DNA of 56,394 bases, filler included, from Basidioascus undulatus (Eukaryota), in assembly GCA_000826855.1 (NCBI GenBank). It is 3 parts of 3 records of this genome, joined end to end, with 100 filler letters (N's around TTAATTAATTAA, not from the genome) between each part and the next. Parts side by side here need not be neighbours in the genome. Positions count along the whole stretch, not along the records: positions 1 to 18,759 come from JTLS01000450.1; 2 more parts are not named here. One strand, 5' to 3'. The notes below the pieces were generated by a model, which was given only the letters and a program-made list of their open reading frames with translations, searched no databases and was not told the origin of the DNA. The translations under genes were made by a program, and so were the position numbers. Below, piece by piece: positions 1-12,949 of the stretch; the first letter of the stretch is position 1; each line of letters begins with the position of its first letter.

Positions 1-43
1 GGATGGAGTGGGAGGCTGATGGGGGTGGGGTGCGAGGGGATAG

Positions 44-936
44 GTGGAGAACACCAACTATGTGGTGGACCTGTGTAAGGCGCACGGGATGCACCTCGTC
101 GGTATCCAGGGCGCGGACCTCGTCGACGGCACGCGGACGCTCGTGCTCGGTACGGTCTGGCAGGTGCGTTCCCGTCCCCTCATCCCTTACCAAGTTCCGC
201 ACGACGACTGACTGGGTGCCATGGGTGGACGCATCAGATCATGCGCCTCAGCATCGGCGTCACCCTCGCGTCACTCTCCAAGAACGGCAAGGCTGTCTCG
301 GACGTGGACATGGTCAAGTGGGCGAACGACAAGGTCAAGGCTGCGGGCAAGCAGACGTCCATGCGCTCGTTCAAGGACCCCAGCTTGCGGAGCGGACGTG
401 CGTCATCCTCCCCCACTCTCCATCCTTTTCGCATGGGAATCTATTTCTGATGCAGGAGATGTTGGGTTGGGATTGGCTGGGATGGGCTCGACAGACTTCT
501 TCCTCGACCTCCTCGACGCGCTTAAGCCCGGCTACGTCGACTACAGCCTCGTCCTCTCCGGTCGGGACGACGAGGAGGCAAAGATGAACTGTGCGTGCCC
601 GCGTCTCCCCTGCCAGATGCTAGATGATTGGTGGCTTGGTAGGTTTGGTGGCTGATTGTGTGGGGTGCCGGTGTGGAACAGGCAAGCTCGCCATCTCCGT
701 CGCGCGCAAGATGGGCTGCCTCGTCTTCGTCGTACCCGAGGACCTCGTCGAGGTCCGGCAGAAGCTCGTGCTCACTTTCATTGGCGCGTACGTCCGAGTC
801 TCTTCCCTCTCCTTCCCTGGCGCTTTCCTCCCCTCCCCTCCCATTTTCACCCCTAACTCCACCTTCTCCGCCTTTCGTTTTCGGTTGCTAAATATCACGC
901 CGGGCGCTCTACAGGATCATGGCTGCGAGCCAGTGA
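44..936 (+). CDS. SAC6: Fimbrin (actin-bundling, calponin-homology domains), 3' part; 5' end lies before the window
   Basis: Spliced exons read VENTNYVVDLCKAHGMHLVGIQGADLVDGTRTLVLGTVWQ|IMRLSIGVTLASLSKNGKAVSDVDMVKWANDKVK...SMRSFKDPSL|FFLDLLDALKPGYVDYSLV...AKMN|KLAISVARKMGCLVFVVPEDLVEVRQKLVLTFIGA|IMAASQ*, matching fimbrin CH3/CH4. GT-AG introns (e.g. 788-914); stop TGA 934-936. Confidence 0.95.
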
Positions 937-3399
937 GGGTGAGCCCGGCGACGGAGGGCGCGGAGGAGGGGAGCAGAGAGGGAGGTTCCGGCCCTGTGTT
1001 TGTATCTACCACATTCCTTCTTTTCTTTTCTCCCACGGGTGTCTGGGTGTCTGTGAGATGTCGGGGGGCTGGGCTGAACGATGTTGCGTCTTTTGATGAA
1101 CGAACACGCTTTGAACGTTTGTTTACTTTGGATGCCGGCGCGGCTGGGATGCGGGGTTAATGGTGGGAGGGAGTGGGCTGCATGCCTCGGGCAGGCTGGT
1201 GCGCGTGCGCGTGCGCGTGCCTTTGAGAAGCAGAAGTGAGAATATGGGGATTGGGGTCCGCATGTCCCTCGCGCACGTCCGTCTGCCTCAGCTGCGCGGT
1301 CCCGAGCTCGACCTGCATAGGACCTCGGGTCAAGTTCTGGACCGCGCCCTTGACGGCAAAGGCCGCAATCTGAAAAGCCTGCGCCTTTCTTCTCGGAAGG
1401 GCGGATCAACATCTCCAAGATGTTCGCTGGCTTTGGCATGCCCTTCCTGATCGTATACGCCCCGTCGTCCTTCACCAAAGCTCACGGGGCCGAGCTCGCC
1501 CACGCGAGAACCGAGCTGCCTGGGGATTGAGAGTATCAGGTATTCAATATGGATTAGGAAGAACTCCTTTCCATCTTCGAATTCGTCAATTTGTCTCAGC
1601 CCCTTCAAAGATCAATTTGCCAGCGCTCGAGTCCGCGCAGGCGAACGATTCGCTTCTCTGTAGAAGGGGCGGTGAACCGACTGCAAGAGAGGGTAGGATG
1701 ATTTTTCGCCTATGTGGTCAGGATGGCTATGATTTTGGGAAGTATTGGTGTTTCTCTTGCTGATCGTTATGGAAAGGCGATACGCATCGAATGAAGTTGA
1801 TGACGTTGGGTGACGGTGCAGTGATGTTCGAAGCGACTGTGGTTGGGAGGGCGGCAGCGTCTGCGAGCAGGGTTGAAGGCAGCGAGAGCGCATAGAATGA
1901 GAGTGAAGAGGGAAATCATGTTTGGGTGCGGAGGGTGACAAGGAGCAGAAGTATGTGCGCTACGCGGAGGGAAAATGTCTTCAGCCTCGAAGCTCGATGT
2001 TCACCTTAAACCCGGGCATTGCGAAAGAGATTAGCTATCCACAATGAATGAGCAACTCGATATTACGGCTGAAGTTCACCTCGTCTACATGGTCCGCCGA
2101 GCTGACGTTCCTCTGGTAAACCTATGACTCCTCGTGACCCCTGGGGGGGCTGACAGCACGGTGCCACGAGGCCAGGGTGTTCGCAAGAGCTTATTGTCAT
2201 CAATACCGATGAAAATGTTGAGTCTCAAATCAACAAAAAGAAAGCATTATTCTGTCACGGACGCTGGTTGAGTCTAGGATGAAAGCCGCTTTGTCTTTTC
2301 GGCCGCCATTTCGTCGTCTCTGGGCAATGATGTTGTAGCTTAGTCTAATTTTGTCTCAAAACCGAACACACATGCTAATACAATCACATCGTCACCTCCG
2401 AGGGAGATTCATGGGTTATGGGTCGGCTACAGTGGTCGACAGTCCGTCAGTGCGCTTTCACCTGCCGCTTGTCCAGACCGCCCCTTGTCATCCCCCCAAA
2501 CTCACTTGCCAAACCCTTGGAAATATACCTTGACCAATCTTCTACGGTTAAAGCACCGCATAGCGGTCGATCCCGGCTTCCGAGCACGGGAAGGACCAAA
2601 GCCACGCAGGCTTGCTCGCTGCCTGCAGCTGCTTCCGCTGCCCCTGACCAGAAGGACCATAGCAACCCGTCGCCACCCCTCCGTTGCCCTGGTGCGAATA
2701 GTCGAGCGGGTAAGTCCCGCTCTCTCTTCCCAGGGTTAAGTCCTTGCCTGGGCTCGGAACCAACCCCCTCACCGGGTCTTCCTCCGCCCTTCAGGGCGCA
2801 CCACCAACCCTTGACCTGGTCTTCCTTAACCAATTACAGGGCCGTATGGGATAGGTCCTTCCCCCGTAGGGGTAAACTTTTATTCCTAATAGATGTATAC
2901 CTTTTCCTTTGTTGGCTTCCCGTGTCTTGTGCTACATGTGGTATGCAGTGCATCACGGACCCTGCAAATACTCGTCCAACGCCCACTGCTCGTCCACCGC
3001 CGTCCATATCTCGCCATGTTACACTGGAGAGCACACAGACGCCCAGACATGATTCCCGGCAAGTGCCCGATATGCATCTTTTGGACTTGTTTCAGTTAAT
3101 TTTGCCGCGTTGGTTTTGCGCACCCCTCTAGGTTTTTTTTTCCCCAAAGATGCGACGCACATGTGTTGCCCGAAACTACGCACAATACATTGCTTCCATC
3201 TCATGCTGGATCCGATGCTTTTCGCTCTTCGCTCGCCCGATACATCCAGGAACTGTCAGATGCAACCTGCAGCAAAGATTCAACGTAGTATGGCGCAATA
3301 CTTCCCCATCAAAGTCACACTCCTGCACTTTATCGCATCTATGCATAGCATTGGCTTTCGGCGCTGCTGTACTCTCTAAGACCTCACTGCGTCTCCGCA

Positions 3400-4212
3400 C
3401 CACTCTTGAGTCGTTATGCATTGTAGGTCACTGTGAACGGAAGTTTGTAAAATTCGAACAAGGGTACATTGTTCTACGAGGGACGCACCTCGCGATTCAC
3501 ATGGCTCGATTGACCCAGTAGTAGCGGTCATCGCCAATTTGAAGGCGGTACAAAATAGGGTCATGGATAAATGCTAACCCGAGAAAAGGTTGCTTTTGGG
3601 CTCACTTGATGTATAGCAGGAAGGAGTACTTCAAAGGCTGGACGTAGTTCGCCTCCACTGGATCGGAGAGACGCTTCAGGACGTCGTCCGGCCCCAAACG
3701 CCAGCCTGCGGGGACACGCCCCTAAGCCAAAGGAAGTTTATGCATTAAATAATAGTGTATACCTCTTGTGCGGCTGTTGATGTAGGCTGGTTCCTCATCG
3801 GAAGTCTTTAGTGTCTAAGTTGTCTCGATGCTGGTGCCTTCCTGAATACGCCAAGTGTTACTCGCTTTCGTCAGCATACTAAGACCAGAATGCCGAGAGA
3901 AGTAGACACACACCAAACACAAGTTGATTATCCTGTCCTCCAGCCACCACCCCCGTTCCCCCAAGTCGCTTCCCATCTACCACCCTCTTTGAAAGCGATC
4001 CATCGACGGACGCCTCCGAAGGGCATCTGTCCAACAACCACAGGGTCCTCCAGCTGGACGGCGATGTGGAAGTCGGGTGTGAGGAACGGAGCAGGGATGG
4101 CTGGGTCAGGTGCGAAGGTGCTGTTAGTGTTGTTCGCCTTGGCGGTGTCGGTGATCGAGGCGAGGGGGAGGAGTACGAAAGCGAGAGAAGGCAGGAAGAC
4201 GTGGGGGAACAT
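3400..4212 (-). pseudogene. DUF3237 (UPF0311)-family secreted protein, pseudogene
   Basis: Signal-peptide-like MFPHVFLPSLAFVLLPLAS, then G.RRWIAF..G.W...WGNG/VVAGGQDNQLV, IETT*TLKTSDEEPAYINSRTRG, WRLGPDDVLKRLSDP...YSFLLYI, GDDRYYWVNRAM*IA, VTYNA*RL. These resemble fungal DUF3237 motifs. Frameshift in a G5 run near 3950 and stops at 3815-3817, 3497-3499 and 3414-3416. Confidence 0.75.
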
Positions 4213-4972
4213 CTCGGAATTCGAGAAAGGGAGGATGTGGCGTCAAGATGGAGAAAGTCCTTGTTCAAAGGAGTAGCTGTGAGAGGCCATCGTGAACTAC
4301 CCAGCAGGGGTGCATCGTCCACGATCGGCAAATGCACGCCGGCATGACAGCCATGACGAAACTTGGTCAGTCTAAAAGGTCATGAGATGGCAGCACCAAG
4401 ACGCACAAGCTATTCGCAACGGACATTGGGGCCAGACAGCGACATGAATGTGAGTGTTGTTCCTTCTTTCTTGAACGGCTGTCGATTCAAACATATAGTT
4501 GAGGGAGAAATTGCCACGACAGCAGTGTTCTCGAGGAACACCTGGCGTTTTCCAGGCACGTGTACCAAGGGTCAACGCGATGCCACTCCAAGTGTGTAAT
4601 TCGAGTAGCACAAGAGAAAGCAAACCTCCTTCGCGGAGAAGGCCAGCGTACGGTCCAGTGGTGCATGGAAGACGTGCCGAAAAATCACTGCTGGCAAAGT
4701 CCATGCCCACGAAGACAATTGGGATGTGCCTATTCCTCAGCAGGCAGGAAATATCAAAAGTAACCAGGACGTAGGTCAAGGGGCCGATGCAGTGCTGTCT
4801 GTGACGACTTTGTCTGGCAAACTTCACCGCTGCTGTTGCGGAATGCAATGCTATACGCGCTCAAGTCTAGCGCATACGTCAGTTTGCTTGACTGTTCTCA
4901 TTCAATCTATCCATTTGGTATACGGAAGTGTTCCCAGCATTCCTTTACATATCCGAGGAGATTCTTCTAAAG

Positions 4973-7209
4973 CTAAGAGCACTTCTCCGCAAGATCCTCC
5001 GGAACCCAGGCGCGGATACGAGTAATGAACTCCTGGAGGGGAACCTGGATAGGAACCAATAGGACGCGATAAAGTCAGCTGAGACTATTTCACGAATGCA
5101 ATCAAATACAAAAATTCTTACCCATTCGGCTCCCTGAAGAGGTTCGGCAGACTCGAGCACGCGCACGTATAGCTGATCGGCTTTGCACCAGACCTCGAAG
5201 ACGACTAGGGTTTCAGATTCTTGACTTAGTGACTACAACCTCCTTTCTTACAGCGGTTATGCACGTACCTTGGTGGCCCAGGGAAGGCCAACGGAGCGGC
5301 GTCTTCCCGAGCGCTGCCATCAAGCGGATCTGTGAGGGAGCGTCAGTTTGCGTTGTGGTCCCCAGGGGTTTATGAATGAAAAATCTTGCCATGGTCCCAT
5401 CATGCCCCACATAGTACGACAGCTTGGGCCCTGAATCGGCCTTTCGAAGGCCTTGCGCAAGCTCGGCGAGCGCGACACCGAACGCGTAGCGCACGTAGTC
5501 GCGGGATTTGGCGTCGCTACCCCAGATGTAGCTGTGTATAGGGTGGGAAATTCAATAGAGAGTGACAAGTAAGTGTCCTCAAGAACGCTTACTTGTACTC
5601 CCACGTCCCCGCCTCGTAGACAGCGTTCGCGTCTTCCTGCGAAATGCAGTCGCCCGTGGTGACGTTGCACGGCAGCGGATGACCGTGACATTGCCTGCTG
5701 GCGAGCGAGTCGCTACGGTAGGTGGGTGGTTCAGTAGCTCCTTCTTTCTGAACCTGGAAGATTTAAGACGTACTACAGGTGATCCGCCCACGAGAACCAG
5801 CTGCTGTCCCCACTTGTGCCGACGATGGCGTTCAACTTTTCCAGTAGCGGATTGATAGACTCGAGGTGGGAAGTCTGAGTAGAAGAGAGTAGGTGTAACC
5901 CAATTCTGAAAAACTTAACAGACCAAGAATCAAGGGTTGTACGAAGTTGTCACTAGCTTCGATGTCACTGCGCAACTTGTTGACAATCGTGCATGAGTAT
6001 CCGGGAGCCTGCCAAACAAACAGTTATCAGTGTCAGGTAATTAATTTGGATCGACGTACGCACCAGTGGCTCCAGCGGGGATGGGTAAGAGGTGATCGGA
6101 AATGGTCCGTCATGGCCCATGCCGGCGAGCAGCCCGCCAGCGGTTTGGAATGTTCGCTCCTCGGTCTGCACGATTGGACATCTATCAGTTGGCGGCCAAA
6201 TTCGAACTTTCCTGAAGAAAGTCCTTTTACCGATCCCCGGAAGTACACATCCTTCTCGTTCACCGACGTCAAGAAGTTCAGGCCCTCGGGGCCGTACGTC
6301 GACCAGAAGTTCTGACAGGCAGTGCCCGCGCGTCAGTCCGAGTTGAGTGTTGCAGAGGTACTTCAGGTGTGAGCTGGTCGTACCTTGCCATGCTGGATAG
6401 AGTCGTGCAGGCCGCCTGCGGTGAGTTGGCCCTTGTTGCATGTGCCGTTCCAGATGCGAGAGCGCAAAGGCTGCGGCGCCTCAGCAACAACGCCAGTTAG
6501 CAGTAGCAACTGGGCCAAGACTGAAATCACGCACATGCCAGTCCGGAACCTCGAAATTGTGGTAGATCTGAGCAGAAGAGCTGTGGGGGTCGCCCTGCAG
6601 CTCGTAGAAGTTGTTCGCACGGAAGTCGGTGCAGTCCCACCCCTCAGGCGGGTTGTAGAGGTTCTCCGCAGGGTAAATGTTGTCGGGCGTGCGCTGCGGA
6701 CAATATGAGTGAGGGAATCCTTTCAATGTAGGTCTTGGAACGGTCTTATACCTTGCCATGTCTAGTGAAAAAGGAAGTCAATGGGTGGCACGCGAGGAGA
6801 GCACACCTTGGTACGCACCTCTGATAGACCGTCAGATGAACGAGCTCGGCACCTTCCACAGCCTGTACATAAGGAGAATTTAGAATGGGCATATTGTTAT
6901 TGGAGGGCATTTGTCTCACATACCGAGTAATGAGCAGGGTTGACGTGGAATCCGTTACAGTCTGCAACAAAACATCAGACGCTATACTCAACCGGCAACT
7001 GCGAGACCGTTTGTACAGTTGTACGTATTCTATCCCAGTGTTCAGGTCAGCCTACACTAACACACATTAAACAAAACAAAATACCCAACCCATGGGAGAT
7101 TAGTAGGCGTCTCCGAGCTGGTGTAAATACCGAGGGATGCGTTGAAGCTCGATGCATTACTCCCGGCGAGGGCGTCGAGGCCCATCGTCAGGCCTGCAGC
7201 TGGGGCCAT
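4973..7209 (-). CDS. Histidine acid phosphatase / phytase-like protein (His_Phos_2), multi-exon
   Basis: Spliced translation gives YTSSETPTNLPW|NTYN|YCNGFHVNPAHY...TVYQR|HGK|RTPDN (RHGxRxP catalytic motif), GTCNKGQLTAGGLHDSIQHG, YYVGHDGTM (HD motif), VVFEVW, ending ...LAEKCS* (TAG 4973-4975). Start ATG 7209 chosen from context (ttcaaaATGG, CATATAAG upstream); upstream in-frame ATGs exist. Confidence 0.88.
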
Positions 7210-7752
7210 TTTGAAAGCAGGGATGGGGGCTTGAGGCATTTCAACGGGGATGACTCTTATATGAGCGGCGGTGAGACCAGTCAAAGCAGCCAACGCGGCC
7301 GTGCACGAGGCAAGGGAATCAACGCCATTGGCGCTAACGGACGCCCTCAGCATGGTCAAAGACGTGACCATGCGCCACATGCTTACAACTCTTATACCGG
7401 CACGGTGAGTCTCGGTTATTGGTTTCAAAAATCCATGCGTGCAGCCGACGACAGGACTCCAGTGGTCGTGTCGACAGCGGCGGCGGTGCGGTACTCTTGC
7501 ACAAGATTATACAGGTGTGATCCTCGAAACCTAAAGTCTAACCGTTTTCAAGCCAAGCGTATAGATCCTATGATATTTAAAAGTGGGTAGGTATTGGTTC
7601 GTGGAAGGCTGAACTGCAGCAGCGAGATTGGGCCCGGCAGGGGCAACAATAGTTTGGCGCTTGAGGCCGTGCCGAAGCTCACTTGCCTCCGTATCGCCTA
7701 CTCGCCTCCTTGGTCTCGTCATGCTCCCTTGTACGCTCACAGACAAAGCTTA

Positions 7753-10700
7753 ATGAAGCTGCAGCTTCGCCAGTCCCTCTCAGGGCAGCCTTATCCCGCT
7801 CCACACTCAGTCCAGATACTGGAGCGGTCCGATGGCGACATCCTAGTCGTATACCCGACCGCGACGAACGTCGCAGTCCTCGCTCGAGATCTCAAGCTCC
7901 TCCGGACGCTCGCGTTCGCCGAGGCGTTCCCAGCGATACTGGCGGATGAGGAGGACCGGGAGGTTGGCTTGGTGGCCGTAGATGCGGAGCACGGAAGGGT
8001 GAGCGATGCTGCGAGAGGGAGTACTGGGAGGTATGCTGAGCGAGGCGATGGGGACCAGGTCTTCGCCGCGATGGGAGGGCAAGTCGCGGTTTGGGAGGTC
8101 GCGTCAGTCCCTGGAAGGGAGCGCGAAATCTCGCACAAGATCCACTCTTCGCTCTCGATCCAAGAAAGCATCACTTCGCTCGACGTCTGCAAAGGTCCGC
8201 CTGCGTGCTTCCCCTCAGACGCCTTAGGCTCACCTTCGACCCACAGACAAGCTCTTGATCGGGACTCCCTCGGCCATCCTTATCTACACCGTTTCGAGCG
8301 CTTCGCCCTTGCCGTCCTGGCGACGGGCCCACGCTGTCCCAACCGGCGACTCTCCCGTCCTCGTTGCGCGTTGGGCGCCAGATGGCAGCGCATTCGCCGC
8401 AGTAGCGGACGGCTCTCGCTTCGTCAAGGTCTGGCGTACCTCGAATTTGCTACTAACAGAGCCGGAAGGAGAGGACGTGGAGGGTGGCGCATATCAAGCC
8501 CTCCCTCACCCGAAGCCGGTTGTGAACGTGCGTTGGCGGAAAGCCCCGTCGTCTTCCTCGTGCGTCACTTGCACGCAGATGCGCTTGCTGTGCTTTACAT
8601 CTCATATCGGTTTTCATCAGGCAAACCCATGTCCTCATCACTACGACCTCCGACTCGACTCTCCGCATGTACGCTTCTGTACTCGACTGTCCTGATCGCC
8701 TCGAGCTCTGGACATCTGTTTCGCCCTCCACACCCGACGCTGCTCTCCTCTGGCTCGACCAAGCGCGCGCGCATGGACTCCTGGACGAAGCCGAGCGAGG
8801 TGCGGGAGACGGAGAGGAGGGAGAGAGAAGGCGGATGCGGGTGAAAGACCTGCGCGCGATGGAGGGCGATCTGGTCTGGGGCGTTGAGGAGGGCGGGAGA
8901 AGGGTTGAGCTCATGGCTGTTGTAGTAGGTTCCTTCTATCATTCATGGATGATTCCGGTGTCTTGCTTAAATCGCGGGTTTGTTGTAGAACATCGATCGA
9001 CGGCCGCCTACACTCCTTCGCACCTTCCCCGTCCTCCAGCTATCCCTCGAGCATCCCTTCCCCGCGGCCCCCTCCACACTTCACCTACTCCCATCGCCCA
9101 CACCCTCCACACTCTTCCTCCTCTTCCATCGGCCCGGATTCCCTCTCCTTCCTTACCACTTCCACCCCGCCTCTTTCCTCGATCCGATTCCTTCGCCCAC
9201 GCCTCCGATCAACCCGCTTCGCGCGCCGCGGCACACAGAGCACCGCCGCCCGGTGCACGCGCTCGTGCGCACCGCGAAGGCGAAGGCCGTCTCGAGCCTC
9301 GCGCGACGAGACGGCGAGGCGATCGCGTGGCGGACTGCGAAGAAGGTCCGCGTCGGAGGCGGAAACGGCGAGCTGGGACGGAAGCGCCAGGTCCTGCAGG
9401 TGTGCGGTCAGGGCCAATACGGCGCTGCTGAGCATGTCGTTCTGTTTGAGAACGGTGGGTAATTTTGGACGTTCTTTCGACGAGAGCTTGGCTCATCGGT
9501 ACCATCTACGCAGGCGAAGCTGTGGCGTTCTTCGCTGACGGCTCTCTCAACCTCTCCCGAATCGCATCCGACGGCGCCTTCGCGATACCGACCAGCTTCC
9601 CTTCTCTACCCCTCGATGTCTCCTGCGCCCTCCTACTTGCCGTTCCCTCCCCATTCTCCGACAACTCGAGCCTCATCGTCCTCGTCACGCCCGACGCGAC
9701 GACCTACACCTACTCTGTACCCGCGTCCTCCGATCCCACCTTCCTCTCCGCATTTTCCTTAGCCAGCGCCGGCAAGTCGAGCCTGTTCCTCCCCGTCGAC
9801 CCCATGGGCTGGATACCGAGCGCGTCGGACGCGGGCGAGGTCTTCCTGACGATCTCGGACGCGGGCGAGCTGCGCTTTTGGGCCCCACGACTCGCGCAGG
9901 GCGGGACGGAGGTGGAGTGGCAGCAGACCGGACGTATTGGGACCGGGCGCAAGGACATCTTGATGGGTCGGTGCAGCTCGGTTCGCAAGACAGCGCTCGT
10001 GGTCCGCGCCGAGGGCGGCAGGGAGACGCTCGAAATTTGGGACTCGAAGGAAAGCGAGTTCTCCTCCGGGCTCGAATACTCTCACACGTTCGGGTGAGTT
10101 ACATACCGCTGGCGCACTATCGGGGCTTGTACTGACAAGTCTATTCCAGGCCGGATGAGCATGTCAACGACCTCGACTGGACGACCACCGTCGACCTGCA
10201 GTCCATCCTCGCCGTCGGCTTCCGGTCGCACGTCCTTCTGCTCTGCCAGCAGCGCATGCACTACTTCGACGACCGACCGCTCTGGTCCTCGTTTGTCCGC
10301 GTCGACATTTCCTCGTGCGTCTCGGATCGCAAGCCCCATTGCGTGTTGCCATCACGCTGACGCTCCACTCCAGTCTCACTCCCCAACCCATCGCCGACTC
10401 GATCTGGCTAGCCGACGGCTCGCTCGCAGTAGCGTCCTCGAACCAGATCTTCCTCTACTCCCGCTTCGTCGAGTTCGAGCCCGGCGACGTCGAAGGCGAG
10501 TTTGCCGACAAGGAGAGCGTCTTCGAGATCGTCGCGCGGCAGAACGGGCCGCTGCCGGACTACCACCCGCAGCTGTTGCTGCAATGTCTGCTTTGGGGTG
10601 AGCAACGTCGCTCGATGCGCTGCGTAGATGCGTCGCTAACGTGACTGATCGCTGCGGATCTTGCAGAGAAGGTCGAGCTCGTCAAAGACATCCTTTACCA

Positions 10701-12949
10701 GCTCGCGCAAAACCTCGAAAACGCGTCGATAGGCGGTCGGCGCAGTCTGGACTTGCCCCGAATACCGATCGAGCGCTTTTACGAGGAGGAGGATTGCGGA
10801 CTCTCTGTCGTGAGTTACATTTCCGCTCTTCGCGACGGTTCGACTGATGGCGTTTCTTGCTGTAGAACGAAGCTTCCGCAAGAGCGAATCATTCGGCGTT
10901 GTTTGAGAACGAGTCTCCGTCGTCAGAGTACGCCGATGCGATCCCCATGCCTCCTGCGCGCGTTTGCTCATGCCTCGTCTCACAGGAACGAGTCCGGCTT
11001 CTCCCGGCGCACCGTTGGGCAGCTCCTCGCGGTCACGCGAACGACGCGGCTACCGCACCTCACCGAACACGAACAGTCGCATCTGCAGGTTATCGCGCAA
11101 GCTACCCTCGACGTTCGTCTTTTCACATAACCGCGCTAAAGAGCGTTACAGCTGACTGTTAAGCTCTTAACAGGTCGAGGAGCAGCGACGTGCTCTCGAC
11201 GCTAACGGGCTTCGATACCTCATCTCGATGCACTCGTTCCGGCTCCTGCAGGGACAACCCTCGTCCGGAGCGCCGCCGGTCAGCTCGGGATCGAAACACG
11301 CCAGTCGACTGCATCTCCGCGACTTCTCTTGGGCGTTCCACAGCGAAAGCCAGCAGCTCCTCCTCGACGCTTCCTCCCGCGCGTACGGCGGCAAGATGCT
11401 CTGGCCTGATGCTCGCGCTCTCGGCACCTTCCTCTGGATTCGCTCGCACGAGACCCTGGTGCGTGGCTTGAACTCACTTTGAACTGCCGCACAATCGCAG
11501 TGGGACTGATAAGTTGTCGTCCGGTCAGCGTGCGCATATGGAAGAGATCGCGCGCAACCAGTACATGTCGGGCGAGGACCGGGACCCCATCAAGTGCTCG
11601 CTCTTCTACTTTGCGCTTGGGAAGCGCAAGCTCGTTTCCGGGCTATGGAGGCAAGCGTCTTGGCACCCGGAGCAGAAGGTCATGCTCAAGTTCCTCTCAA
11701 ACGACTTCAACGAGCCGCGGTGGCGGACGGCTGCGCTGAAGAACGCGTTCGCGTTGCTCTCGAAGCGTCGCTACGGTATGTCCGAGCCTTGTAACCGAGC
11801 TACCCCTGTTCAGCCTCTGACTTCCGTGGTGTGACCGCAGATTACGCCGCAGCCTTCTTCCTTCTAGGCGGCAGCCTCAAGGACGCCGTCAACGTCTGCA
11901 TTCGCCAGCTCGACGATGTCCAGCTCGCCATCGCCATCGCTCGCGCCGCGGAGGGCGACGAGGGCCCCGTGTTCCGCGGACTCTTGCGTGACGTGGTCAT
12001 CCCGCTTTCATTCAAGGAGGGATACCGCTGGCTCGGCAGCTGGGCCTTTTGGATGCTCAACCGGCGAGACATGGCAGTCCGGATCCTCGTCGTGCGTAAT
12101 GATCCTTACGTTTTTGCTTGCCTCCTTGATTGACCCGCTCACACTCTCGATGACAGACGCCGTTGAAGGATCTCGTAGCCGACGGCGATGCGCCGATCGA
12201 GTCTGTCGGTAACGATAACTACGACGACCCGTCTCTGGCGCTGCTCTTCGCCCACCTCAAGAACCAGACGCTCCAGACCGTCAAGGGCACAGCCGAGATC
12301 GTCGGTCGCGTCGAGTTCAACTTCGTCCTGCATACCACGAGGTTGCTTTGTCGCATGGGTACGCAGCCTTTCTCGTTCGCCATTTTGATTTCACTCTGAC
12401 TTCGTTTACCCAGGCTGCCATCCCCTCGCGCTCCACATAGCGCGCAACTGGTCGTTCGAGCGACCCGCCGCAACGCCACGCGCGACTCCCTTCCCGTCCT
12501 CCCCCGTGTCGACGCCCGCCGCACTGCCTGCCCCTTCTCCAGCACCCCTCGCCGACACGGCCGCAGCGCGGTTCGCCGAAGCGGCCTCTCCCTCGCCCGC
12601 GCGGCGGCCATCGTTCACCGACGGCATGCCGACGTCGCCACGCGCTTCTCGGCGGAAGTCCGCTCTGCTCTCGATGCACCGCCGTCGCTCTTCGATCCTC
12701 AACGACATGGACATTCCGTCCGAGCCCCCGACCAGACCGAGCTCTCCGCCCCAGCTGGACGGCCCGGCCGGCGCTACGCCGGCCGAGCAGGGGTCGACAC
12801 CTACGCCGTCGGAGTCCAAGACGGAGGTGCCGTCGTCCGCGGGCGTCCCGACGCCGGGTCTGACCAAGACGGGCTTCGGCTCGTTGATGAAGACCGCCAA
12901 GCAGCAGACCAAAGTCCCGGACTTTGACATGTCCGCATTCGGCTTTTGA
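7753..12949 (+). CDS. RAV1: RAVE complex subunit Rav1 (regulator of V-ATPase assembly; WD40 + Rav1p_C)
   Basis: Exons encode LPVDPMGW, LEIWDSKESEFSSGLEY, DLDWT, NGPLPDYHPQLLLQCLLW, LDANGLRYL, RDFSWAFHSESQQLLL, WPDARALGTFLW, DRDPIKCSLFYFALGKRKLV.GLWRQASWHPEQ..MLKFLSNDF.EPRWRTAALKNAFALLSKRRY, AAAFFLLGGSLKDAVNVC; ends PDFDMSAFGF*. Confidence 0.95.

Noticed and set aside
1199..1220. (GTGCGC)n alternating purine-pyrimidine tract
   Set aside because: Short microsatellite, unsurprising at this GC content.
2334..2936. Possible solo LTR bounded by TGTAGC...GCTACA
   Set aside because: Flanks (GATGT versus TGTGG) do not form a 4-5 bp target-site duplication, and there is no second copy in the window.
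3400..4212. Stop-codon reassignment or A-to-I repair of in-frame stops at Tyr/Trp positions
   Set aside because: The same loci also carry frameshifts and a broken splice site, and intact genes here terminate with TGA, TAG and TAA.
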